The notes beneath the pieces are model-generated. The model searched no databases and was not told the origin of the DNA. It saw nothing but the letters and a program-made list of their open reading frames with translations. Made by a program: the position numbers and the translations under genes. A stretch of DNA of 64,000 nucleotides from Candidatus Poribacteria bacterium (GTDB lineage Bacteria > Poribacteria > WGA-4E > WGA-3G): the NCBI GenBank assembly GCA_963665235.2, contig CAXXLX010000001.1:2016001-2080000 (forward strand). The letters are read 5' to 3'. The first letter of the stretch is position 1; each line of letters begins with the position of its first letter. Of this stretch, positions 21,677-32,514 are shown piece after piece.

Positions 21677-21705
21677 AGAATACCACTGTTTTAGGCGAAT
21701 GTCAA
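21677..21705 (-). promoter_or_regulatory. Sigma70-type promoter for the UPF0182 gene
   Basis: TTGACA-N17-TATTCT with extended -10 TG. Confidence 0.65.
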
Positions 21706-21867
21706 GTGAAAATTAAAATCAACTGACCGCTCCTTAGGTACGACATGTTGTTTATAGAAACCGGTTTCCCCCACACCTCTTAGTCCAGTATGGGTGATAT
21801 GTTTGAAAGATTGACACAGAAAAACGCGCTGTCATTTGGGCGGATGACGTTCGGATACCAAAGTCAA

Positions 21868-21998
21868 TAATCCGCGTCCTCCGTGTCCTCCGCGATAATC
21901 CGCGATTCAGATAATAAGAAAACGCCAACCCCTAACCCCCACCAATTAGAAATTTCTCACTAAAACCGTTGATAACCGTGTAATCCGAGATTCAAACA
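21868..21998 (+). repeat. Dispersed AATCCGYG...GATTCAGACAA repeat family
   Basis: Related copies at 31613-31659 and 36827-36843. Confidence 0.65.
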
Positions 21999-22008
21999 AG
22001 AGAAATAT

Positions 22009-22037
22009 TTGACTTTATCTCATTTTTGTGGTATACT
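22009..22037 (+). promoter_or_regulatory. Sigma70-type promoter for atpD
   Basis: TTGACT-N17-TATACT with extended -10 TG. Confidence 0.7.
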
Positions 22038-22060
22038 ACTATAAACGAAAAAAACGGTAA

Positions 22061-23545
<1,485 letters not shown>

Positions 23546-23640
23546 CACTAACGCACGGACTATAACCCCCGGTTCCCCCTGACCTGCTCCTCTGACAGGG
23601 AGGGAAACAGGCTTAACCGTAATTAGTCACGGAGGAAAAT

Positions 23641-25863
23641 ATGTCAATTGAGGAACTCAAACGTGAAATTGCTGAACTCAAAGACGCAAACTCGGCACTC
23701 ACGGCTGAAAATGCCGAATTGAGAACGGCAAACAGTGAACAGCAAAGTCACATCAAATTGTTACAAACCATTTTTGAGAGCCTCGGCGAAGGTGTCGTAG
23801 CCACCAATTTAGAGGGCGAGTTCTTAGTTGCAAATCCAACTGCCCAAGAAATGGCCGGAATGGGCCCCACTGAGAATGTCCCTGAAGAATGGAGCGAGAC
23901 TTACGGAACGTTTTATCCCGATAAGACTACCATTGTTCCCTCAACTGAACTTCCCCTTTACAAAGCCATGCAGGGGGAAACAACTAAGGATGTTAAGCTG
24001 GTACTCCGCAATCAGAACCGGCCGGATGGGGTTTTTATTAATGTGAGTGGGACCCCCGTATTCGACGAAACGGGTAGCTTGATAGGGGGTGTTATCGCTA
24101 TGCACGACATCACCCAGTTGGAGAATCTCAAGAAGGAACTTGAAAAAACAATTAGCGAGCTACAAAGGCAGAACGCTTTGATGGATACGGTTTTCAATAG
24201 TATCAGCGACGGCATTGTGGTTGCTGATAAGGATGGGAACTATGTGTTGTCCAATAAAATTGCCCAAAAAATGTTAGGACATAATCCCGAAGATGTAAGC
24301 ATTACACATGCATCTGAAACCTTCGGTCTCTTCCAACCGGAGAGTCAAAATCTTTTTCCTGTTGATGAACTGCCGCTTGCCCGGACATTGCGCGGTGAGG
24401 ACTCCGATGAGATTGACATAGTCATACGCAATCCGCACCTACCCTCCGAAATAAATACAAGTATCAGTGCAAGACCGATATATAACGAAAACGGCGTTGT
24501 GAACGGAGGCGTTGCTGTTATACGAGATATTTCAGAGCGCAAAGCGGCAGAGAATGAACTGACAGCACTGAACGCGCAATTGACAGCACAAAGTCAACTC
24601 CTGCGCTCCATTTTTAATAGCATCAGTGACGGCGTGTTTGTCGTCGATGAAAATGGCAGTATCATCATGGCTAACCCCAGCGCAATGCGGATGGCCGATA
24701 TGGCAATGCCGCAACCTTCTATAGAACCCAATGCCTGGATCCAAGGATATAACTACTTTTATCCTGATAAAATCACCCCATTTCCTATTGAGGAACTGCC
24801 AATTATGTCAGCTATTCGCGGAGAAGCTGTAGACGATGTCGAAATATTTGTCAATAATGATAAGGTACCAGATGGAATTTACCTCACTGTCAGTGGTAGA
24901 CCCCTACAAGATATTGAGGGAAAGCAGACCGGCGGAGTCATCGTCTTCCGAGATGTGTCAGATAAAGTCAAACGCGAAGAAGCATTAGCGCAAGCCTTCG
25001 CACAAGGAAGATTAGAAATCGTTGATACAATCCTCCATAATATTGGCAATGCAATCAACAGTGTAGACATCGGCGTTGACACCATCCACTACCAGCTGAC
25101 AAACGACAGACTTATCCCTCGACTCACAGCATTAGCCGAGATTATTCAAGAACATCAAGACAACTTGGGCGATTACATCAAGAATGACCCACAGGGACAG
25201 AAAATCGCCCCATTCATTGTTACCCTTGCCGCCGATCTCAGCGATGTTAAACAGGAATTCCAGGAGACTGTAGAGCGCGTCAGGGACAGATCTAGACATA
25301 TCGTCGATATTATCCGAACCCAAAACTCATATCAGAACACCAGCGGAACTCGCAAAGATATAAACCTCAATGAAGCAATAGTAGACGCAATCAAGATGCT
25401 CCAAGACTCAATAGACAAACGACAAATCCAGATTGACATCGACTGCAAAAACGCACCCGAAGAAATCCGAATTCAGGAAAGCCAATTTCATCAAATGCTC
25501 GTCAATCTCACCAAAAATTCAGTTGAATCCATCGATGAATTAGTAGCATCCGGTGAACACAGTGAAAGTCCCTGTATCCAATTCCAGGCATACATCGACG
25601 GCGATTTTTTATGCCTTGATATTATCGATAATGGCATCGGCATCCCACCAGAAAACATCAATAGGGTTTTCACAGCAGGATTTACCACCAAAGAACAGGG
25701 AAGTGGACTCGGCTTGCATTCAAGCGCAAATTTCGTCATTAGCTCAGGCGGAAAAATACAAGCATTGAGCGAAGGCAAGGGAAAAGGCACAACAATACAA
25801 ATCAAGTTCCAGTACGACACAGTCTACCGCAGGGCTTATAGCTCAACACAGGAGAGCGATTAG
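23641..25863 (+). CDS. Cytoplasmic PAS-domain sensor histidine kinase (three PAS repeats)
   Basis: Repeated IFxSISDGV...GGVxVxRDI PAS units; H-box ILHNIGNAIN; NLTKNS, DNGIGI, FTTK, GSGLGL. Confidence 0.93.
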   Translation: MSIEELKREIAELKDANSALTAENAELRTANSEQQSHIKLLQTIFESLGEGVVATNLEGEFLVANPTAQEMAGMGPTENVPEEWSETYGTFYPDKTTIVPSTELPLYKAMQGETTKDVKLVLRNQNRPDGVFINVSGTPVFDETGSLIGGVIAMHDITQLENLKKELEKTISELQRQNALMDTVFNSISDGIVVADKDGNYVLSNKIAQKMLGHNPEDVSITHASETFGLFQPESQNLFPVDELPLARTLRGEDSDEIDIVIRNPHLPSEINTSISARPIYNENGVVNGGVAVIRDISERKAAENELTALNAQLTAQSQLLRSIFNSISDGVFVVDENGSIIMANPSAMRMADMAMPQPSIEPNAWIQGYNYFYPDKITPFPIEELPIMSAIRGEAVDDVEIFVNNDKVPDGIYLTVSGRPLQDIEGKQTGGVIVFRDVSDKVKREEALAQAFAQGRLEIVDTILHNIGNAINSVDIGVDTIHYQLTNDRLIPRLTALAEIIQEHQDNLGDYIKNDPQGQKIAPFIVTLAADLSDVKQEFQETVERVRDRSRHIVDIIRTQNSYQNTSGTRKDINLNEAIVDAIKMLQDSIDKRQIQIDIDCKNAPEEIRIQESQFHQMLVNLTKNSVESIDELVASGEHSESPCIQFQAYIDGDFLCLDIIDNGIGIPPENINRVFTAGFTTKEQGSGLGLHSSANFVISSGGKIQALSEGKGKGTTIQIKFQYDTVYRRAYSSTQESD

Positions 25864-25879
25864 ACAGAGACTTAATCTT

Positions 25880-26290
25880 ATGCAAAGCAGAAATTTTTAT
25901 CTTGAAATTCGCACACCCGAAAAATTGATATATGAAGGAGATGTCACAAGCGTTAGCGCGCCGGGCGTTGAAGGCAACTTTCAGATCTTGCCGGGTCATA
26001 TCCCCTTCCTTACCGCGTTAGCTATCGGCGAAATCCGCATCCGTGAATCCGCAGACGCACAGCAACTGTTAGCAACAAGTGGCGGTGTCTTTGAAGTCCT
26101 GCGAACGGGTGTCACCGCATTAGTAGAAACAGCCGAGTGGGCATCAGATATTGACGTTCCCCGTGCCGAAAGCGCGCGTGACCGCGCACAAACACAGCTC
26201 ACCGCAAATGCCACAGACCTCAATCGGTCCCGTGCAGAGGCAGCCCTTGCCCGTGCTCAAAACCGAATTAAGGTCGCAGGTAATGTGTAA
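25880..26290 (+). CDS. atpC: F1F0 ATP synthase epsilon subunit
   Basis: LEIRTPEK, ILPGHIP, SGGVFEV, DIDVPRAE, LARAQNRI. Confidence 0.96.
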   Translation: MQSRNFYLEIRTPEKLIYEGDVTSVSAPGVEGNFQILPGHIPFLTALAIGEIRIRESADAQQLLATSGGVFEVLRTGVTALVETAEWASDIDVPRAESARDRAQTQLTANATDLNRSRAEAALARAQNRIKVAGNV

Positions 26291-26372
26291 GCATCACAGA
26301 CCGCCCCTCACCTAGTCCCATAGGGACGGTATGTTTATAGAAGTACAAACCGCCCCCACCTAGTACATTTCT

Positions 26373-26411
26373 TGCCAATTGCCAATTGCCAATCGCTAAT
26401 TGCCAATTACC
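26373..26411 (+). repeat. Heptamer tandem repeat (TGCCAAT)
   Basis: tgccaattgccaattgccaatcgctaattgccaattacc. Confidence 0.75.
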
Positions 26412-28247
26412 TAATCATCGTCGCGTTCACTTAACAACTCACCACGGGCGAGACGTTCCGCGTTCTCGGTGGACCACAGGATATTTTTCATCAACTTTTG
26501 TGCCGTGATATACCGCGTCGCTGCGAGTAGATGCATCCGCTGCTCCTCGAAGTCGTCCGATAAGTCATAATGTCGGAACGCAACCTCAAGCACCTGGAAC
26601 ATGTGGAGCTCAGCATCTTCACGGAGCAGGATATGTGCAAGGGTTCGCTTTAATGCGTCAACGTCATGCCCCTCTTCGAGGTATTGATTCACAAGAATTT
26701 CCGCCTCGTAAACCTTCTGGAAGTCAGCGAACTCTTGAAGCCGGTCTAGCATTTTATCGGCAGAGGCGTAAGTCTCCTCGAGCCGTTGTCCGGGTTTAGG
26801 GATGCGAGCGGCGGGCATATTCAACCAGCGCAGGTATGCCAAATAAACCACCCCGTGAAAAATGCCGCGCAAGAGGTTAGGACTCGCTGCGTAGTCAAAA
26901 ACCTCATAGAGCGCATGGGCATAAGAGTAAATGTTCGCCACATCGTGCCAATCGCCTTCGTTTTTCAGATGGAATCGCGCAGTGCGAACCGCAGAGGCGT
27001 AAGTCATTGCACGGCAGATGTCTTTCAAATCGACCCCGGCGCGAATTTTCTCCTCAACTATGGCGACAGTCGGTTCAAACTCATCCGCCAGCAACACCTG
27101 TGCAAACTCGGAAATATCGAGCTTCGCTTCGTTTCGCCTGATTGTCTTCCCACATACTCTCAAGCCGTTTAAAGACCGGTCTTAACACAGGCACAGCGTC
27201 AGCCCACCGTGAGGTCTCCTCATGCCGTGTTCTACTCACCAAGTCAACAACAATCGGACGTAAAATCTCGTGCGCGCCTTCCCACTCTATGTAATCTAAC
27301 GCCTCAAACATCTTATTTGCGAAATCCAGGGCGTGTCCATCACCGGTAAAGTAGTAGTCAGTTGCTGCGGTGAAAATGAAATCGGCAAGGACAGATTTAT
27401 CGTAACCGCGGTCGTTAAGCGTCAGTAAGATGCGTTCTGCTGCACCGCGGTGCCGTTTATTCACAAAATAGCGGAACCACCGTTTAAGCGTTTCCAGGTC
27501 GTGTTCCTCTTGTACTCGCGGGAACGGTGTGCGATACGGACGTGAGCTTCCTGACGTTCTACGGCTAATCTGGCTTAATCCGTGTACCAGAAACAGGTTA
27601 TGGTCTTTCGGGTCAACATCATCCCAAAGATTCGCAGCGAGCGTGAGAATAGCAATGCCAGAGGACCATCCATCACTACTTTTATGTGCGCCGTAGTGTA
27701 GTCCCTGCTGGATTATCTCGTTCGATGCTGCGCCGGCATCCCGAAGGGCAGTGACAGCCTTAGCGATAAAGAACGTACTGCGATCTTTAAGACCACGTTC
27801 CAGGGCACGTTTGCCCCGTTCAATGACCCTGCGTTTTGCTGCCTCTCGTTCACCTTTCGCCAATCCGACGTATAGGTAACCATCATCCCGAAGCTCAACA
27901 GGAAACGCTTTAAGGTCATCACCCGACGCTAAAAAGCACGCCCCCGATTTAAGGTCAAATTCCCAGTGATGCCAGTGGCAGATAAGCACGCCATCGCGGA
28001 GACTCCCTTTAGACATCGGATATCCCATGTGTGGGCAACGGTTGTCAACGGCATAAAATTTGTCACTGAACTTAAAAACCGCCAGATGCGTTCCATTCAC
28101 ATGGAAAGGTTTTCCCTCTAATTCCTCAAAATCCGCCGCGGGACACAGTTGATGGTAAACAAGCTCAGTTTCTTCGATTATTTCTGTCGGTAACGCTTCA
28201 ACGTTGATAGAGCCAACGCTGGTTTCTTCAAAGGTTGAAATAGCCAC
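26411..28247 (-). pseudogene. Rieske [2Fe-2S] domain protein with large helical C-terminal part, split by a 1-nt frameshift near 27133
   Basis: CPHMG...CHWH Rieske motif; removing one A joins ...WEDNQA to NEAKLDISEF... Confidence 0.8.
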
Positions 28248-28330
28248 AATGAACCTCCTAAAATGTTTTCTCTGTATCAGTACATTTCGCATAACTTATG
28301 TCATTGCGAAGACAGTTTTTTGTTAACAAC

Positions 28331-28359
28331 ATAATAACATGTTTTACAGAGGATGTCAA
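28331..28359 (-). promoter_or_regulatory. Sigma70-type promoter (copy 1 of a duplicated promoter block)
   Basis: GTCCGCGGAATTCGC-TTGACA-N17-TATTAT. Confidence 0.7.
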
Positions 28360-28605
28360 GCGAATTCCGCGGACACATCCTACGTTCGTAGTAGGGAAAC
28401 CATCTATTGCCCATCATACCAAAGCGTGCCCGAATAAGTATAGATTTCACTATTATGTTGTCGGTTGTTTCTAAGTATAGCTCAATCTCACTTGTATATC
28501 TATAAGGGAACATGTTTTTGGGAAAATATCAAGATGGACGTAGAGTCTCTCGCTGATGTCTTCCTAATTTGTTGTAAACGATTGAAGTGTAAGTGTCTTG
28601 ACCTA

Positions 28606-28920
28606 TTAGAGTTTTAGCCATTGGCGCACTGCATTTTCAACATCTGATAACGGATCAGGTTGGAGATTCCCCAATTTTCTCAAGAACTTCGCTTCTGAGA
28701 CTGTGACCAGACTTTGTGCGTCGAAGGCGCCGGTATCCAGAAATCTTGTTTTTATAGGGATTTCAAATCTTGAATCACGTACGCTCGTTGTATATGTCAC
28801 GACCGTGACAAGTGCACGATCTTGGATGAGAGCGGGTACACTGATAACGAGGCAGGGTCTGACTTTAGCTGCTATTCCGAGATCAACGAGCCAGACTTCA
28901 CCTCGATTTTGCTTCGGCAT
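28606..28920 (-). CDS. PemK/MazF-family toxin
   Basis: RGEVWLVDLG...KVRPCLVIS signature. Confidence 0.9.
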   Translation of the reverse strand: MPKQNRGEVWLVDLGIAAKVRPCLVISVPALIQDRALVTVVTYTTSVRDSRFEIPIKTRFLDTGAFDAQSLVTVSEAKFLRKLGNLQPDPLSDVENAVRQWLKL

Positions 28921-29104
28921 CCGCTGCCTCCATTTTGTCATGTTCAACAAATAGTGCCTCAGCAATTTCGGTGAGTGCCTCATCTGTCAAGGGGGGAATA
29001 TCCAGCAGAGCCACCTGCTTTATGATTTCAGAAGCGAGCGCGTGTTTTTCAATATCAGGAAGTTGGTTGAATGCTTCCAATATGTTTTGTGGAGTTGCAT
29101 GCAT
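28898..29104 (-). CDS. Probable antitoxin
   Basis: Small acidic 68-aa ORF with GGAGG RBS, directly upstream of and overlapping the toxin gene. Confidence 0.75.
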   Translation of the reverse strand: MHATPQNILEAFNQLPDIEKHALASEIIKQVALLDIPPLTDEALTEIAEALFVEHDKMEAADAEAKSR

Positions 29105-29150
29105 CTGGGGCCTCCGTGTAGCAAAAGTATAAAGTTTATGAAAATTGTAC

Positions 29151-29290
29151 CAGGACTTACGCAAATTTAGAACATAAGCTCAGTATTCGGACAAGCAGCC
29201 CGCTCCTCAAGGGCGGGGTCCCCCCGCCCGCTAGGTTTCCCTCTAAATCCCATTATCATAAGGACTTATCAACGTGCTGCGTAAGTCCTA
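29151..29290. mobile_element. MITE with AGGACTTACGCA terminal inverted repeats
   Basis: Ends caggacttacgca ... tgcgtaagtccta; inverted homolog at 54232-54345. Confidence 0.8.
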
Positions 29291-29393
29291 TAAGGTCTAC
29301 CGTACATCCTTCTCCCCCGCATGAGTTGGTGATACTGTTTGGAGACACCCGCTCTTGAATATGGGCAAGTTTTTTATTCAGATTCAACTGCAT
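29256..29393 (-). pseudogene. 5' remnant of the ATPase partner gene, running into the MITE
   Basis: ORF overlapping the ATPase 3' end (MQLNLNKKLAHIQERVSPNSITNSCGGEGCTVDL) enters the TIR and stops inside the element. Confidence 0.5.
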
Positions 29394-30816
29394 CCTCCTC
29401 TTTCGCTTCCCCAATTCTATTTTGGAGCCCTGCCGAACTGTTATAGAGAGCCTCTGCTATATCCAAATGATCTTCCGGTTCTATACCTTCAACAAGGCCA
29501 AACGGGAGTTCTGTAACAGGTTTGTCCTTATGGAACCACCATGCACCGACCTCCTCCTTTTTCAGGTAATCTGCTGATCCACGTGTGGATTCTCCGAGTT
29601 TCCGCAATTCACCTTCGCGAATCAGGTTCCCGATTTGTTGGAGGAGATAGTTGCTGTGCGTTGTAATCACAACGTAAACACCCGCTCGGACCAAGCGAGC
29701 AAACGTTTGTGCAATTTGGGTTTGTGCACCCGGATGCAGGTGAGATTCAGGTTCCTCAATAATGAGCACATCACCCGGTTCAACGACACCTTTCAGAAAG
29801 AGGACTAAAGGGGCAAGCTCAGATACCGTCGCCGCGGCGTGACTCATCCGCAGTCCTTCTTCCGCCTGAGCTGGACGGTACAGAAATTCCGGTGGGGCTT
29901 TTGGTGTAGGGCGTTTAACCTCTATTTTACCCTCCAGCAGTTCTGCCTCCAGCAGTTCTGCGACGCGACGAACACTGCTTGACGATTCCTCGCTCTCGCT
30001 GTAGCTGACAATCTGCTTCAAAAAATCACCTATCATTCCCGAAAATGGAGACATTTCAAGGTGCTCTAAACCGAGGCGCGTCGCCTGCTTAATAAGGACA
30101 GGCATAATCACACCGTGACTTTGCATGAGGCCGCTTCGGACAGCAGGCAAGTAGTACGAATTCTCTTCCTGCCACCGCTCAGTGCGTAAGGTCTGAAATA
30201 GGTGTTCAACGTCGGGCACCGGACAGAATTTTGTCTTACTTTTTGCGTCAAGAAGAATCATGTCTGAATTGATGCAGCCTGTTATCGTCTGATCGGCGGC
30301 TCCAGAGGCACACACCTCAAAATCCCAAAACTTATGCTCTTTGTCCCCAACCGTCAGTGAAACTTTCATTTCGTTGTCTCGGCTGCCAGTGAATCTAATT
30401 AACTTGGAAACATCCTCAACGTCGAAACACCGTTTAAGCTCGTCTGGAAAGTCTTCCTGACTTGTGAGCCCAAACTCCAAAGTGGCTTGCATCCGTTGAG
30501 GTAAGTCGGAAAATGTGAACGGACGCTCAGGTGTGTTTAACTTTTCGAGTGCCTCGAGCATCTCTTTTTTTAACTTCTCCCGTTGATTTTGTGGCTCGTG
30601 ATGTTGTGAACGGAGGACAAGATCGAAATAAGAAGCAGTGGAGTCTGCCCAAGGAAATTGTGGAATGCCCCCAAAATTCCGGTATAATGCGTAAATAAGC
30701 ACGGCGAGATACGTCTTGCCAGTGTTGCCCTCACCGACGAATACAGTCAGCGGACGCAGGTCTATTTCTGCCTTCTCTATCGGTCCGAAGTTTTCTACAC
30801 TAATGTGTATGTCCAT
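29374..30816 (-). CDS. AAA_15/AAA_21-type (ABC-like) ATPase
   Basis: ENFGPI, Walker A GEGNTGKT, Walker B IIEEPESHLHP, ITTHS. Confidence 0.9.
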   Translation of the reverse strand: MDIHISVENFGPIEKAEIDLRPLTVFVGEGNTGKTYLAVLIYALYRNFGGIPQFPWADSTASYFDLVLRSQHHEPQNQREKLKKEMLEALEKLNTPERPFTFSDLPQRMQATLEFGLTSQEDFPDELKRCFDVEDVSKLIRFTGSRDNEMKVSLTVGDKEHKFWDFEVCASGAADQTITGCINSDMILLDAKSKTKFCPVPDVEHLFQTLRTERWQEENSYYLPAVRSGLMQSHGVIMPVLIKQATRLGLEHLEMSPFSGMIGDFLKQIVSYSESEESSSSVRRVAELLEAELLEGKIEVKRPTPKAPPEFLYRPAQAEEGLRMSHAAATVSELAPLVLFLKGVVEPGDVLIIEEPESHLHPGAQTQIAQTFARLVRAGVYVVITTHSNYLLQQIGNLIREGELRKLGESTRGSADYLKKEEVGAWWFHKDKPVTELPFGLVEGIEPEDHLDIAEALYNSSAGLQNRIGEAKEEDAVESE

Positions 30817-30878
30817 TGCTTCTTCCTCTATTGGTGATGGTTTTGAATCGGTTATATACCTATCTGGGCTCAATTGCA

Positions 30879-31146
30879 ACGTGAGTTTGAAAAAAAGCTT
30901 CACCTAGTATGAAGAGCGGGCTGGTTTCCCGAATACTGGGCGATAAGTCCGCTCCTTAGGGACGATCCGTTTATAGGCAGGCCCCTGGGTTTCTGCCCGC
31001 CTCTTAGTCCCGTAGGGACGATATCTTTATAGAAAACCGATAACGCAAAAACTCTTAGTCCCAGTATTCGGGCAAGCAGCCCGCTCCTCAAGGACGATAT
31101 CTTTATAGAGGTTAGGGAAAACGGACATTTATTATCAAGCTCACGT
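30879..31146. mobile_element. MITE with ACGTGAGYTTGA terminal inverted repeats and 7-bp target duplication
   Basis: AATTGCA at 30872-30878 and 31147-31153; internal TAGTCCCGTAGGGACG repeats; homologs at 51681-51936 and 63239-63382. Confidence 0.85.
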
Positions 31147-31359
31147 AATTGCAAGGGAAATGAAACCGCTGCCGATGCCCAAGGTTTTGCCGTTTTTATC
31201 CTGCATCTCCAGGTACACCGTCGCTGCCAATGCTTTTTCGGCAATATCTTCGGCAGGCAGAATGCTTTGTGCAGGTGCGGTATTTATGGTGCAAAAGATA
31301 AAGAAAACGACAGTAGCAATCTGTGGAAATTTCCACAAAAAATTATGTCTATATTTCAT
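31141..31359 (-). pseudogene. N-terminal fragment of a secreted trypsin-like peptidase
   Basis: Signal peptide then AEDIAEKALAATVYLEM...GIGSGF, ending before the catalytic residues. Confidence 0.65.
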
Positions 31360-31428
31360 AAGGTGTCTCCTTTTTGTCTCTGTCATTGTGAAGATGGTTT
31401 GTCATGACAAATTGAATGTGTTAACAAT

Positions 31429-31457
31429 ATTATAACATATTTTATAGAAAATGTCAA
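31429..31457 (-). promoter_or_regulatory. Consensus sigma70 promoter (copy 2 of the duplicated block)
   Basis: GTCCGCGGAATTCGC-TTGACA-N17-TATAAT. Confidence 0.75.
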
Positions 31458-31474
31458 GCGAATTCCGCGGACGA

Positions 31475-31581
31475 TTCTATAAACATATCGTCCTTGAAGA
31501 GCGGGCTGTTTGCCCGAATACTGGGACTAACAGGGACCGGAAACCGCTGTTTCTATAAATATATCGTCCCTACGGGACTAG
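31475..31581 (-). repeat. Two TAGTCCC...GGACGATAT.TTTATAG repeat units
   Basis: Same internal units as the 30.9 kb element, in reverse orientation. Confidence 0.75.
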
Positions 31582-31668
31582 ACCGTATCATTCCTATTTA
31601 GAAGAATCCTCAAAATCCGCGAAATCCGTGTAATCCGCGCTAATCCGCGATTCAGACAACATACTGCT

Positions 31669-32499
31669 CTACACCGTCAGCGTAATCTCCTCCTGCTTCA
31701 CAATTTCCTTGATATGTCCATAAGGTTTAGAGGCTACCAATTCCAGCGTCTCTGGCGATAACCGCTCCAAAATAGGCTGCGGTAAATTGTGAGTCCCCGC
31801 GTATTGTGGAAAATACCGCAAAACGAGAAACCGCCGGTCCCTATCCTTCGGTTTCCAGCGTAAAACACCGTGCGTCAGCAGCTCTGAAATAATCACGATA
31901 TCCCCCGCCTTCGGCGTAATATTCACAAAAACAGGGTCATCAATTGGGTCGATACCATCCCCCTCGTCAAGTGTCAGCAGTTGCTTCGGACGGTCGAACG
32001 CACTCTTATGCGAACCGGGGATTACAATGAGACCGCCATCCCCCGGATAGACATCCGTAAAATAGGGAAAACAGACGAAATTATCGCAGTAGATACGTCC
32101 GTTGTTCACCTCGTAACGGGTGCTATACCAGCCGTAGTCATCGCGAGCACAGTGCAGGCCGCCGGGATTGACGTGCGCGTTTTCTCCCGCCTTCCACAAA
32201 TCGTGCTTATCATGTTTCAGCGACCCCCGCCCAAATCGCGGCTGATTATCTGTCAACTCCTTGATAATCGGCCAGAGTGCTCTGTGCATCGTTAAACGTT
32301 CAAGCGACTTGTCGAAAGCGAACCCGTGCTGATGAAGCCCGCGTTGTTCAAAGCCCGGTGGCAACGCATCAGGTGGGGTTGTGATATATCTATCAACCGC
32401 CTCAGCCGCCTCCCCTAACGCATCCCCGGTGATGACATTTTCCAAGTGAAGATAACCGCTTACATCAAATAGATAACGTTGTTTCGGTGTCATAGCCAC
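31669..32499 (-). CDS. PhyH-family Fe(II)/2-oxoglutarate oxygenase (HxA variant)
   Basis: FDVSGYL, LHCA, DGGLIVIPGSHK, LTHG, RR motifs. Confidence 0.88.
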   Translation of the reverse strand: MAMTPKQRYLFDVSGYLHLENVITGDALGEAAEAVDRYITTPPDALPPGFEQRGLHQHGFAFDKSLERLTMHRALWPIIKELTDNQPRFGRGSLKHDKHDLWKAGENAHVNPGGLHCARDDYGWYSTRYEVNNGRIYCDNFVCFPYFTDVYPGDGGLIVIPGSHKSAFDRPKQLLTLDEGDGIDPIDDPVFVNITPKAGDIVIISELLTHGVLRWKPKDRDRRFLVLRYFPQYAGTHNLPQPILERLSPETLELVASKPYGHIKEIVKQEEITLTV

Positions 32500-32514
32500 A
32501 ATTCTCCTCTATTT

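Noticed and set aside
23571-23612. Intrinsic terminator after atpD
   Set aside because: Imperfect stem with a large loop and no T tract
30817-30903. Extended N-terminus of the AAA ATPase as given in the ORF track
   Set aside because: The extension starts inside the MITE; the ATG at 30816 has an RBS and matches the family start
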